A DNA stretch of 25,209 bases from a virus (taxonomy: Duplodnaviria > Caudoviricetes): positions 1-25,209 of IMG/VR virus record IMGVR_UViG_3300025652_000495, one strand, 5' to 3'. A program made the translations under genes and the position numbers. Numbering within the stretch: position 1 is the first letter of the stretch; the number at the start of each line of letters is the position of its first letter. This document shows positions 9,768 to 17,399 of this stretch, piece by piece. A model generated the notes under the pieces. It ran no database searches. It was given only the letters and a program-made list of their open reading frames with translations, and was not told the DNA's origin.

Positions 9768-12680
9768 ATGTCCATATCCACCACAGCAACGAAGGATTCC
9801 TACGCAGGGAATAACTCTATCGTAACCCAGTATCCGATTACCTTTAAGTATTTCGAGGAGAGCCACATCAGTGTGTATTTCGATGGTGTGCTACAGACCA
9901 AGGGTGCTGGCGCAGACTACGTGATGGGCGGTGACGGGACTACCAGCACTGGATACATCACAACCAACGTGGCACAGGCTGGCACGGTGACGGTGTCTAT
10001 TGTGCTGGACGTTCCTCTGGATCAGCCAGTGGTGCTACAGGAGACAGGCTCGCTACCCGCTAAGACCATTGAGGTCGAGGGCTTTGATCGTCTCAACATG
10101 CAGGTGCGTAGAGTGTGGCGTAAACTACAGGACGTTCTCACGTTCAACACGGACGAGGCTGGTGCATCAACAGGCACGGCAGACAACCTCATTGGCTTCG
10201 ATGGCAGTGGTGACATTGCCGAGATACCCAACTCAACTTTCTTACAGCAGGACAATAACCTGTCTGAGCTTGCTAATGCTCCAGACCAAGCAGCCGCGCA
10301 GACTAATCTTAACGTAGACCCTGCTGGCACGGACAACTCCACGGACGTAACCAAGACAGGGGCTGGCACATATATCTCGCTGGCAGGACAAGTCCTGACG
10401 GTGGACGCTATCACAGAGTCTGATATCTCAGACCTTGGAGCATACATTGAGAATGTGACTGGTTCTCCTCTCTCTGAACTACAGGACGCAACAATTACTA
10501 CACCATCATCTGGACAGGTTCTTTCATGGAACGGATCTGCTTGGGTTAACTCATCCACGGATGCCGTTGGAGGTATGTTATCAGCGGTGTATGATCCAAA
10601 CACCGTAGGCAGTGATGCCTTTGATATGGACAACATGGTTGAGGGGGGTAATACAAAGATCCTTACGTCTGCCGAGCGAACGAACATTGGTTCTGCAATG
10701 CAGCCCACAACCTACGATCCCAACACGGTAGCGGGTGATGCGTTTGACTCAGTCAACCACACCTACACGCCAGCAGGGACAGGTGCAGTAGACACCACAG
10801 TGGAAGCCAAGCTACGCGAGAGTGTCAGCGTCAAAGACTTCGGTGCTGTGGGTGATGGGGTGACTGACGATACCGCTAAGATTCAAGCGGCTATTGATCA
10901 TGTGTTCTCTGCTGGTGGTGGTGTGGTAAATATTCCAGCTGGTAATTATAAGACCCCAACAACCATAGTTCCTAAAAGCGGGGTAAGTATAAAGGGTGAG
11001 GGAGTTGGATCTACAATACTTAAGACCAACTCATCCACAGCTAACGCAGCCATGTGGGGGCAAGGATCTGTTGGTGGTGAACTCACGGCTACTGCCGACT
11101 ACACCATAGGTGATGACTCATTCACGATGTCGTCTGCCCACGGCTTTGCTGTTGATGATTTTGTAAGGGTTATTGGACAACGCAACGCACTTAGCGATGA
11201 TGCCAGTGATGACTGGAGGCTTGGATACGGCACGCCAGGATCTGGGTGCGCTTACTTCGGTGAGTTCTTGCAGGTGAAAACGCAGGACGGAACTACTGGT
11301 TTTACATCATACAGTGGATTGAGTTTTCCAGACTATAGAAATGACGACACGCAGGAGAGTGATGCCAACGCTAAGTCGGCAACAACATTCCAGAAGTGGA
11401 CTCCAATTCAAGACGTAACCATCAGCTGTTTAACCTTTGAGATTGAGGGTAATACTTCTGCCGCCATTCGTTTTAAGCATGGGTATAACTGTAAGGTCAT
11501 TGACGTTGACGTAAGACAAGGTGATTATTCTGGCGCGGCAGTGTATTTAGCTGACTGCTTGAACTGTAGCGCGGATAGGGTCGCTGTCTCTTACGGGGCG
11601 AATATTGATTTGATTGGCAACAAGGCAAACTACAACGGATTCAAAACGGCTGGATCACAGGGGTGTAACTTTAGAGCTTGCGACATAAGGAATCCCAGCC
11701 AAGGGGTAGACTTCTCTTACCTCAACCTTCAGCCAGTCAGCTTGCATTGCGGTGTGTATGACTCAGTGATAACCAGCGCACAGGTAAGTGGCTTAACCTC
11801 ACACGGAGGAACATACGCGATAACATTCCAAGGTAACAAAATTATCAATGCAAACCAAGGGATCGCCTGTCGGTCAAGATCTAGCGTCATCTCAAATAAC
11901 ACCGTGACATCACGGCACGGGTTGGGTGCTGACTCAAGCAATGTGTATACACAGTATGGCATTGGAATTTATGAGGGGTGGGCAAGGGATTGCGTTATCT
12001 CAAACAACACTATACAGGGTGGGTTTTATGCTGGCATTGCAATAAATGATGGAGCGGATATTGGCGAGACGTTTGGCTACACTGGATTAGTATGCACTGG
12101 GAACACTGTTAACAGTGCTAGGTATGGATTCTCAAGACACGCGGCTGGATCAAATACAAAGACAGAGCTTTCATCCACGTTAATTGAGAACAACATATTC
12201 AGAAACTGCTACACTAGGTTCGTATACTTGGATGGTGAGCTTGCTGGTGTAACCATTCGCGGCAACATCATGGACACACTGACCCTTGGCTCAGATGGCA
12301 TAAGGTTAACGGCTAACACCCACCCTCATTCAGTCATAGAAAACAACCACATTAAAGATTGTGGATCTGGGGTCGATGCCATTGAGGTCGACCCCGCCAC
12401 GTTGACGTATCCCTATACCACAAACTACACCTGCTTGATTAGAGGTAACACTTTCTCTGGGACAAACGGCACGCTTATAAATTCAAGTAGCACACTGTTG
12501 GATTTCAACCTATACAGCACTGACGCACTCAACAGGCAGGGTTCCCTGCCAATCATTGACGGAGTGTCTGCACCAACTCAACTAGCTGGGGTGGCGTTCA
12601 TCTACGTTGACAGTGCAGATGGCGATCTGAAAATAGTGTTTGGTGACGGCACTGTAAAAACTATAACCACCGACTCCTAA
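9768..12680 (+). CDS. Tail fibre / tailspike with T7-gp17-like N-terminal adaptor and pectate-lyase-like right-handed beta-helix (probable polysaccharide-binding/depolymerase)
   Basis: N-terminal YAGN...YPITFKYFEESHISVY...FDRLNMQV adaptor pattern. VSVKDFGAVGDGVTDDTAKIQAAID at ~10824. Repeated ISNNT/IENN/IRGN beta-helix rungs and C-terminal IYVDSADGDLKIVFGDGTVKTI. Confidence 0.9.
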   Translation: MSISTTATKDSYAGNNSIVTQYPITFKYFEESHISVYFDGVLQTKGAGADYVMGGDGTTSTGYITTNVAQAGTVTVSIVLDVPLDQPVVLQETGSLPAKTIEVEGFDRLNMQVRRVWRKLQDVLTFNTDEAGASTGTADNLIGFDGSGDIAEIPNSTFLQQDNNLSELANAPDQAAAQTNLNVDPAGTDNSTDVTKTGAGTYISLAGQVLTVDAITESDISDLGAYIENVTGSPLSELQDATITTPSSGQVLSWNGSAWVNSSTDAVGGMLSAVYDPNTVGSDAFDMDNMVEGGNTKILTSAERTNIGSAMQPTTYDPNTVAGDAFDSVNHTYTPAGTGAVDTTVEAKLRESVSVKDFGAVGDGVTDDTAKIQAAIDHVFSAGGGVVNIPAGNYKTPTTIVPKSGVSIKGEGVGSTILKTNSSTANAAMWGQGSVGGELTATADYTIGDDSFTMSSAHGFAVDDFVRVIGQRNALSDDASDDWRLGYGTPGSGCAYFGEFLQVKTQDGTTGFTSYSGLSFPDYRNDDTQESDANAKSATTFQKWTPIQDVTISCLTFEIEGNTSAAIRFKHGYNCKVIDVDVRQGDYSGAAVYLADCLNCSADRVAVSYGANIDLIGNKANYNGFKTAGSQGCNFRACDIRNPSQGVDFSYLNLQPVSLHCGVYDSVITSAQVSGLTSHGGTYAITFQGNKIINANQGIACRSRSSVISNNTVTSRHGLGADSSNVYTQYGIGIYEGWARDCVISNNTIQGGFYAGIAINDGADIGETFGYTGLVCTGNTVNSARYGFSRHAAGSNTKTELSSTLIENNIFRNCYTRFVYLDGELAGVTIRGNIMDTLTLGSDGIRLTANTHPHSVIENNHIKDCGSGVDAIEVDPATLTYPYTTNYTCLIRGNTFSGTNGTLINSSSTLLDFNLYSTDALNRQGSLPIIDGVSAPTQLAGVAFIYVDSADGDLKIVFGDGTVKTITTDS
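10590..10748 (+). repeat. Internal duplicated peptide in the tail fibre shaft (YDPNTVGSDAFD / YDPNTVAGDAFD)
   Basis: Two copies at 10590-10625 and 10713-10748, 123 nt (41 aa) apart. Confidence 0.85.
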
Positions 12681-12705
12681 AACAATCTAAACAAAAAATA
12701 AAACC

Positions 12706-12906
12706 ATGAAAAGTATATTCAAAAGCAAGACAGCCGCATTGGCATTCATCACGACAGTAGCAGGCGCAGTATCCTTCTTCGTCCCAGCAGTGGGCGAGTG
12801 GGTAGCATCCAACTCTGGCACAATCCTTAGCGTCCTTGGCGTTGTAGGCTTTGCCTTACGCATCGCAACCTCTGGTAAGGTAAGCTTGTTCCCCGCAGCC
12901 GAGTGA
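12706..12906 (+). CDS. Holin-like small membrane protein (2 predicted TM helices)
   Basis: 66 aa with a basic N-terminus (MKSIFKSKT) and two hydrophobic segments; first gene of a cassette containing the endolysin. Confidence 0.6.
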   Translation: MKSIFKSKTAALAFITTVAGAVSFFVPAVGEWVASNSGTILSVLGVVGFALRIATSGKVSLFPAAE

Positions 12907-13151
12907 GTGTGTTCAAGGGTCTACTGGTGGCAGCATCAGCTTATCTGAGGGTGCTGCCTCTGTTACACCTTCGCAGACTCTATAACGATCTAGACTTCTT
13001 TGATGATGAAATATTTGATCTATCCAATGATGCTTCCCCTGCTGATCAGTTGCGGATTGAAGTCCTCTCAAAACGAAGGAGACGAACTCACCAATACATC
13101 AGCTCTATACGCGCCGCCATCGGTGACGATGCTGAAGGGCGAGAGCTATAA
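12903..13151 (+). CDS. Putative i-spanin (Rz-like) partner
   Basis: GTGA coupling to the upstream gene. Modestly hydrophobic N-terminus followed by a charged helical region; overlaps a lipoprotein ORF in another frame. Confidence 0.45.
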   Translation: MSVFKGLLVAASAYLRVLPLLHLRRLYNDLDFFDDEIFDLSNDASPADQLRIEVLSKRRRRTHQYISSIRAAIGDDAEGREL

Positions 13152-13245
13152 GTTTAAGGAGGGTATCTTTACACCCAACCAAGACCAGCGGTTTTACTCA
13201 CAGTGGAGCTACACTAGAGCCATAGTCATAGGGGAGGGCAAGTGA
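13003..13245 (+). CDS. Lipoprotein, putative o-spanin (Rz1-like), overlapping the upstream gene in a different frame
   Basis: MMKYLIYPMMLPLLIS-C signal peptide with lipobox (Cys codon 13051-13053). Starts inside 12903-13151, and its stop is GTGA-coupled to the next gene. Confidence 0.65.
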   Translation: MMKYLIYPMMLPLLISCGLKSSQNEGDELTNTSALYAPPSVTMLKGESYKFKEGIFTPNQDQRFYSQWSYTRAIVIGEGK

Positions 13246-13502
13246 AGGAGGGGTATCATTGCGGTGTCAATAAGTTCATGCCTCTGTGGCTACGTAAGAT
13301 CTTATCTACCCACTTCAACTCAGCCTGCTACCTGCACGATCAAGACCATAATGCTGGGGTGGACATGGAGCAAGCTGACAAGGTGTTTCTGGAGAGGATG
13401 CAGGAGATAGCAGGTTGGAATCCGCTGCTAAGGTTACAGGCTCGCCTATATTACATGGCTGTTCGTGCGTATTCAAACTACAAGAAAGGCAGAGAATCAT
13501 GA
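13242..13502 (+). CDS. Small phospholipase A2-like / DUF1353-related protein
   Basis: HCG...FNSACYLHD...ADKVFLERM...YYMAVR matches the C-x-x-H-D plus downstream A-D-x-x-F pattern of prokaryotic PLA2-fold proteins. Coupled to both neighbours. Confidence 0.55.
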   Translation: MKEGYHCGVNKFMPLWLRKILSTHFNSACYLHDQDHNAGVDMEQADKVFLERMQEIAGWNPLLRLQARLYYMAVRAYSNYKKGRES

Positions 13503-14095
13503 AGGTAACTATCGACTGCGGTCACGGGGGTGAGGATTCGGGGGCGACTGGATCATTCAACGGCTACTTTGAATCACACGCAGTCCTCGACATAGGCTTA
13601 AGGCTACGAGCTTTGCTTGTGCCGCATCTGGATGTTCAGATGATACGTGAAGATGACACGTTCACTAGCCTGCCTGAGCGTTGCCGTATGGCGAACGAAT
13701 GGGGTGCTGACATCTTTATCTCCCTGCACCTTAACTCAGCCACATCAGATGCGTCTGGCTTCGAGGTGTTTACGTCTGGATCAACCAAGTCTAAGGATTT
13801 AGCCAAGAAGGTATGGTCTAGGCACACCAAAGCATTCCCAGACCAGAAGGACAGGGGCGTAAAGACGGCAGGGTTCTACGTTTTAAAATATACCGACATG
13901 CCAGCGGTCTTAACAGAGAGCTGCTTCCTCTCTAATGACGCTGAGAACCAGTGGGTATCACTGGACGAGACACGCCAGCAGATGGCAGAGGCAATCTGTC
14001 TGGGCATACTGGACTACTTCAAGATCGACACTAACACACCAGAGTTGACTATTGAGGAGCGTGTTGCTAGACTAGAAGCGCGACTCGGCTTATAA
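13499..14095 (+). CDS. Endolysin, N-acetylmuramoyl-L-alanine amidase (Amidase_3)
   Basis: VTIDCGHGGEDSGA, ESH, SLPERCRMAN, FISLHLNS, SGFEVF, FYVLKYTDMPAVLTESCFLSN give the zinc-amidase H/E/H/E set. Real start is taken as ATG 13499 (ATGA overlap) rather than 13415. Confidence 0.95.
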   Translation: MKVTIDCGHGGEDSGATGSFNGYFESHAVLDIGLRLRALLVPHLDVQMIREDDTFTSLPERCRMANEWGADIFISLHLNSATSDASGFEVFTSGSTKSKDLAKKVWSRHTKAFPDQKDRGVKTAGFYVLKYTDMPAVLTESCFLSNDAENQWVSLDETRQQMAEAICLGILDYFKIDTNTPELTIEERVARLEARLGL

Positions 14096-14117
14096 CCTTT
14101 CAAAAAACACCCTTTAA

Positions 14118-14438
14118 ATGACACATTCTTTAACATTTCTTATCGTCTTACTTGGCACGGCGACCGTTTTTCTGTCGGTCTTTGTGGCACTTCAGTTCAG
14201 AGAACAAGCCAAAAACATGAGGGGAGGGGGATCTCACCTGAGCCGCAGCCTGATGTGGCAACTAATAGGAGAGGGCGTGCTGGGTCTAGGCACATTGGGC
14301 TTTGCCGTATTGGCTTATACGGGGAAGCTGGATCAAGTGCCAGTGTATGCACAAAGTATTCTTAGGCTATTAATGTTTTTAGTGACCTCGCTTACCACCG
14401 TCCATTTATACCTTACGACCGCACGCCTCAGTAAATAG
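14118..14438 (+). CDS. Membrane protein with 3 predicted TM helices (holin/antiholin candidate)
   Basis: 106 aa with three long hydrophobic segments, immediately after the endolysin. Confidence 0.55.
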   Translation: MTHSLTFLIVLLGTATVFLSVFVALQFREQAKNMRGGGSHLSRSLMWQLIGEGVLGLGTLGFAVLAYTGKLDQVPVYAQSILRLLMFLVTSLTTVHLYLTTARLSK

Positions 14439-14442
14439 TAAC

Positions 14443-14679
14443 ATGTTTGACATAGAAACATTGGCGGAGTATGGCGTTGCGGGATTCTCCGTTGGCGCTA
14501 TAGTCGTGGTTGCTAGATGGTTTCTACACGCGCTGGATAAAAAGGACAAGCTCATCGGCACTATAGTTAGCAAGCACGAGGAGCAGAGGGAGCATGAAAA
14601 CCAGAGGCACGACAAGAGTTATAACAGGCTAAGTGATGCGATACATGATCTAACAGTTGAGATCGCACGAAAAAAGTGA
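14443..14679 (+). CDS. Single-TM protein with coiled-coil tail (BhlA-like holin candidate)
   Basis: LAEYGVAGFSVGAIVVVARWFL TM segment, then a charged heptad-like tail ending in RKK. Confidence 0.55.
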   Translation: MFDIETLAEYGVAGFSVGAIVVVARWFLHALDKKDKLIGTIVSKHEEQREHENQRHDKSYNRLSDAIHDLTVEIARKK

Positions 14680-14741
14680 GGGTTCAATTCACTCTGGGTT
14701 AGTCACTTAGAAATAAAGTTCATTTATGTAGTAGAAAGTTG

Positions 14742-14771
14742 TTGACCATGTAGGGGTTTTTGCCTTACTAT
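14742..14771 (+). promoter_or_regulatory. Sigma70-type promoter for the regulator/recombination-replication operon
   Basis: TTGACC (14742-14747), 18-bp spacer, TACTAT (14766-14771), with an AT-rich upstream region; ATG at 14781. Confidence 0.5.
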
Positions 14772-14780
14772 GTCGGCGAC

Positions 14781-15032
14781 ATGAAAATACTAAACACACT
14801 ATTGCAGAACGGGCTTACCGTTCGGGACGGCATCGTCCTGATCAAGCTTAGTTCGAGCGACACATTTACTCCTTCACTTCTGGTGGATGAGTATTTCCAG
14901 AAAGCTAACGTAACACGCATCATTAACAAGCTGGTCTCTCGTGGGCTGGCTTCCACGCACGGCGACCTTATCGACAAGCGCCGTCACCACATCCTCATCA
15001 CTCACAAGGGAAGGAAGTTGATCAATGGATAA
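14781..15032 (+). CDS. MarR-like winged helix-turn-helix DNA-binding protein
   Basis: GLTVRDGIVL...QKANVTRIINKLVSRGL...DKRRHHILITHKGR: MarR HTH plus the D-x-R wing and LT-x-x-G-like motif. Start taken at ATG 14781. Confidence 0.8.
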   Translation: MKILNTLLQNGLTVRDGIVLIKLSSSDTFTPSLLVDEYFQKANVTRIINKLVSRGLASTHGDLIDKRRHHILITHKGRKLING

Positions 15033-15294
15033 GGAATACACAGTAGCTGAGATTAAGATTGGCGAGTGGGTAGTCTCTGTCATTGAGACCATCGACACAC
15101 ACAAGAACGAGGTCATGGAGCGTGAGTTTGTATGCACAAGCTACGACATGAGAGAGCCATCACACTCACTGGTTGAAGCTGTTGAGTTTGCTAAGTCGGT
15201 CACTGGGCTGTCAGCACTTAACAACTGGGTCTACGTTGGCATCCTCGCCAAGCAGGCACACGAGTTCTACAGAGAGAAAGGATTTATAGCATGA
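15025..15294 (+). CDS. Hypothetical protein (89 aa)
   Basis: Overlaps the upstream stop by 8 nt, is ATGA-coupled downstream, and has codon usage like neighbouring genes. Confidence 0.7.
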   Translation: MDKEYTVAEIKIGEWVVSVIETIDTHKNEVMEREFVCTSYDMREPSHSLVEAVEFAKSVTGLSALNNWVYVGILAKQAHEFYREKGFIA

Positions 15295-15398
15295 ATTATG
15301 ACGATGATCCTGCCCTTATGCTTGCCGCATGGGTCTTACTCGCGCTCTCAATAGGCACGGTTATCTACGCACTCACGAGAGAATCAGGACAATTATGA
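15291..15398 (+). CDS. 35-aa single-TM microprotein (not in ORF track): MNYDDDPALMLAAWVLLALSIGTVIYALTRESGQL
   Basis: ATGA overlaps at both ends (15291-15294 and 15395-15398) and one clear hydrophobic helix. Confidence 0.7.
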   Translation: MNYDDDPALMLAAWVLLALSIGTVIYALTRESGQL

Positions 15399-15580
15399 AT
15401 AACAAATGCATTAACGGAAAGCTTGACGGTATGCTGTTTGCGGTATCTAATCCGACCAACAAGATCGGCTACCTCAATGGCTACTACCTAAAGTCAGCAC
15501 TTAGAGAGGGGGACACCCTCACACTCTGGGTCTGGCACACCAATGAAGAAGAACCAATTCACCCAATTACCCCACATTAA
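15395..15580 (+). CDS. Hypothetical protein (61 aa)
   Basis: ATG 15395 is coupled to the microprotein stop; same frame as track ORF 15329..15580. Confidence 0.6.
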   Translation: MNNKCINGKLDGMLFAVSNPTNKIGYLNGYYLKSALREGDTLTLWVWHTNEEEPIHPITPH

Positions 15581-15603
15581 ACACAAACACAAACACAACT
15601 AAA

Positions 15604-16197
15604 ATGAAACTAAACACAATACAGCAACAACTGAAAGCGCCCAAAGGACAAACCAATAACTTTGGCAAATATAAATACCGCTCCTGTGAGGACATCCTAG
15701 AGGCAGTCAAGCCGCACCTAGGTGAGTGTTCACTGGTAGTGTCAGACGACATCACAGTCCACGCTGAGCGCGTATACGTAAAGGCAACGGCAACTCTGCT
15801 TGATGAGAACAGCCATGTCATCGCATCCGCTACTGGTCTGGCTCGTGAGCCTCAGATGAAGAAAGGTATGGACGAGTCCCAGATCACTGGCGCTGCTTCA
15901 TCCTATGCACGCAAGTATGCCCTCAATGGTCTATTCGCTATTGATGACACCAAGGACGCTGACCACACCAACGTAGGAGGCAACACACGCAAGGCTGCAC
16001 CCGCAGCTAAGGCTGAGTTGATCACCACCACGCAGAAGTCAGCGGTCAAGGGTCTTATCGAGCAGGCTATCTTCACACCAGATCAGGAGGTGAAGTCAAT
16101 CAAGTGGGCATCCACTGGACGCACAGAAAAGCTTGAGGAGTTGTCATTCGTAGAGGCAGCTAAGCTTATCGCATTCATAGAAGGGAAGGTAGCGTAA
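15604..16197 (+). CDS. erf: ERF-family single-strand annealing recombinase
   Basis: LKAPKGQ-N-FGKYKYRSCEDILEAVKP and QITGAASSYARKYALNGLFAIDDTKDAD are ERF signatures. Confidence 0.9.
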   Translation: MKLNTIQQQLKAPKGQTNNFGKYKYRSCEDILEAVKPHLGECSLVVSDDITVHAERVYVKATATLLDENSHVIASATGLAREPQMKKGMDESQITGAASSYARKYALNGLFAIDDTKDADHTNVGGNTRKAAPAAKAELITTTQKSAVKGLIEQAIFTPDQEVKSIKWASTGRTEKLEELSFVEAAKLIAFIEGKVA

Positions 16198-17018
16198 TGA
16201 GCATTGAAACATTCAATCTTGAGCAAGGATCTGATGAGTGGTTTGCTTTGCGGAAGGGTAAACTGACCGCAAGCTCCTACTCCAAGGTCGTCTCCAGCAA
16301 ATCGCTGAAGTATGCTGAGCTTACCAAGAATCCACGAGAGCAACCTTGTTACGTGTCACCTATGGCAAAGCGACAGTTCGAGGTATTCGAGGAGCTTATG
16401 GACGGGCGCAAGCTCGCCTCTACTCTGAATCCATCAGGTCTTAAGGGCTTGGTGGAGAAAGAGGTGGCTCGTGTCTACGAGGACGCAATGGGGTGTTCTC
16501 TAAGTAAGGCTGCTGCCCTTAAGCATATTGACTGTATGCTTGCGGACGTATACTACAAGGAGGATGACCTTCAGCCACACCGCCCGTCCTTTGCGATGGA
16601 ACGTGGGACTAGGCTGGAGGAGGTGGCACGCATCGACTTCGAGATGCGGACTGGCATCACGGTTGAGGAGGTTGGCTTTATTGTCAACTCCGACATCGGC
16701 AAGCACATCGGCTGCTCTCCAGACGGCATCGTAGACGGAGGTAAGGGAGGCTTGGAGATCAAGTGTCCACTACCACCTACGCATCTTAAGTATCACAGAG
16801 AGGGTAAACTACCAGACGAATACAAGGCTCAGGTTCACGGCTGCATGGCTGTAGCTGGTGCTGACTACTGGTGGTTCACAAGTTTCTGCCCAAATATTAA
16901 AGATTTTACTTTACGAGTAGATCGAAATGACTACACTGAAAACCTAGCGCGGAGCTTGTCAGAGTTTGATGAGCTTTACGCACAACACAAAACAAAAACA
17001 CAACACCTAACACAATAA
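16197..17018 (+). CDS. YqaJ / lambda-exonuclease-family 5'-3' exonuclease
   Basis: QGSDEWFALRKGKLTAS, AMERGTRLE, GCSPDG, LEIKCP, YKAQVHGCM. TAATG coupling to erf. Confidence 0.92.
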   Translation: MSIETFNLEQGSDEWFALRKGKLTASSYSKVVSSKSLKYAELTKNPREQPCYVSPMAKRQFEVFEELMDGRKLASTLNPSGLKGLVEKEVARVYEDAMGCSLSKAAALKHIDCMLADVYYKEDDLQPHRPSFAMERGTRLEEVARIDFEMRTGITVEEVGFIVNSDIGKHIGCSPDGIVDGGKGGLEIKCPLPPTHLKYHREGKLPDEYKAQVHGCMAVAGADYWWFTSFCPNIKDFTLRVDRNDYTENLARSLSEFDELYAQHKTKTQHLTQ

Positions 17019-17022
17019 AAAT

Positions 17023-17325
17023 ATGAGCAAACTAATCGCAATCAAAATTGACGTAAGCAAGATCGACAAGGAGCGCCTGTTCCAAGGTAAAAAAGGTTCA
17101 TACCTTGATGCCACTGTATTCCTCAACGATGAGGAGGGACAGTATGGTGACAACGGAATGATCACACAATCCGTATCCAAAGAGGAGCGTGAAGCAGGAG
17201 TCAAGGGCAACATCCTTGGCAACGTGAAGATCCTTGGCGAGTTTGGCGACAATAACAGCAAGCCTAGTGCGCAAGCACCTGCACCCATGGATGATATCCC
17301 ATTCGCCCCTGTAGACTGGATTTAA
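17023..17325 (+). CDS. ssb: Phage single-stranded DNA-binding protein
   Basis: Follows the annealase and exonuclease; short beta-rich body and an acidic DDIPF motif near the C-terminus. Confidence 0.75.
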   Translation: MSKLIAIKIDVSKIDKERLFQGKKGSYLDATVFLNDEEGQYGDNGMITQSVSKEEREAGVKGNILGNVKILGEFGDNNSKPSAQAPAPMDDIPFAPVDWI

Positions 17326-17352
17326 ACCCTCGTTTCATATATAATAATAGTT

Positions 17353-17385
17353 GCCTCGCTCCTTCACGGGGGCGGGGTTTTTTTT
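17353..17385 (+). terminator. Rho-independent terminator after ssb
   Basis: GCCTCGCTCC-TTCACG-GGGGCGGGGT hairpin running into a T8 tract. Confidence 0.85.
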
Positions 17386-17399
17386 AACACAACAAAATC

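Noticed and set aside
10022-10708. 228-aa minus-strand ORF, plus the many other 60-143-aa minus-strand ORFs
   Set aside because: They lie antisense to well-supported + strand genes, have no recognisable motifs, and fit codon-bias shadows; the window is otherwise unidirectional.
13415-13498. N-terminal extensions in the ORF track (amidase 13415; also 14760, 15329, 18165, 20305, 21501, 22373, 23596)
   Set aside because: Most are near-cognate starts running into upstream genes, promoters or the structured leader. Downstream ATGs give stop/start coupling or match domain starts.
14678-14706. GAGGG-TTCAATT-CACTC resembles a tRNA T-arm (possible tRNA remnant or attP)
   Set aside because: The stem has a mismatch, no acceptor, D or anticodon arms or CCA can be built around it, and no integrase is in the window.
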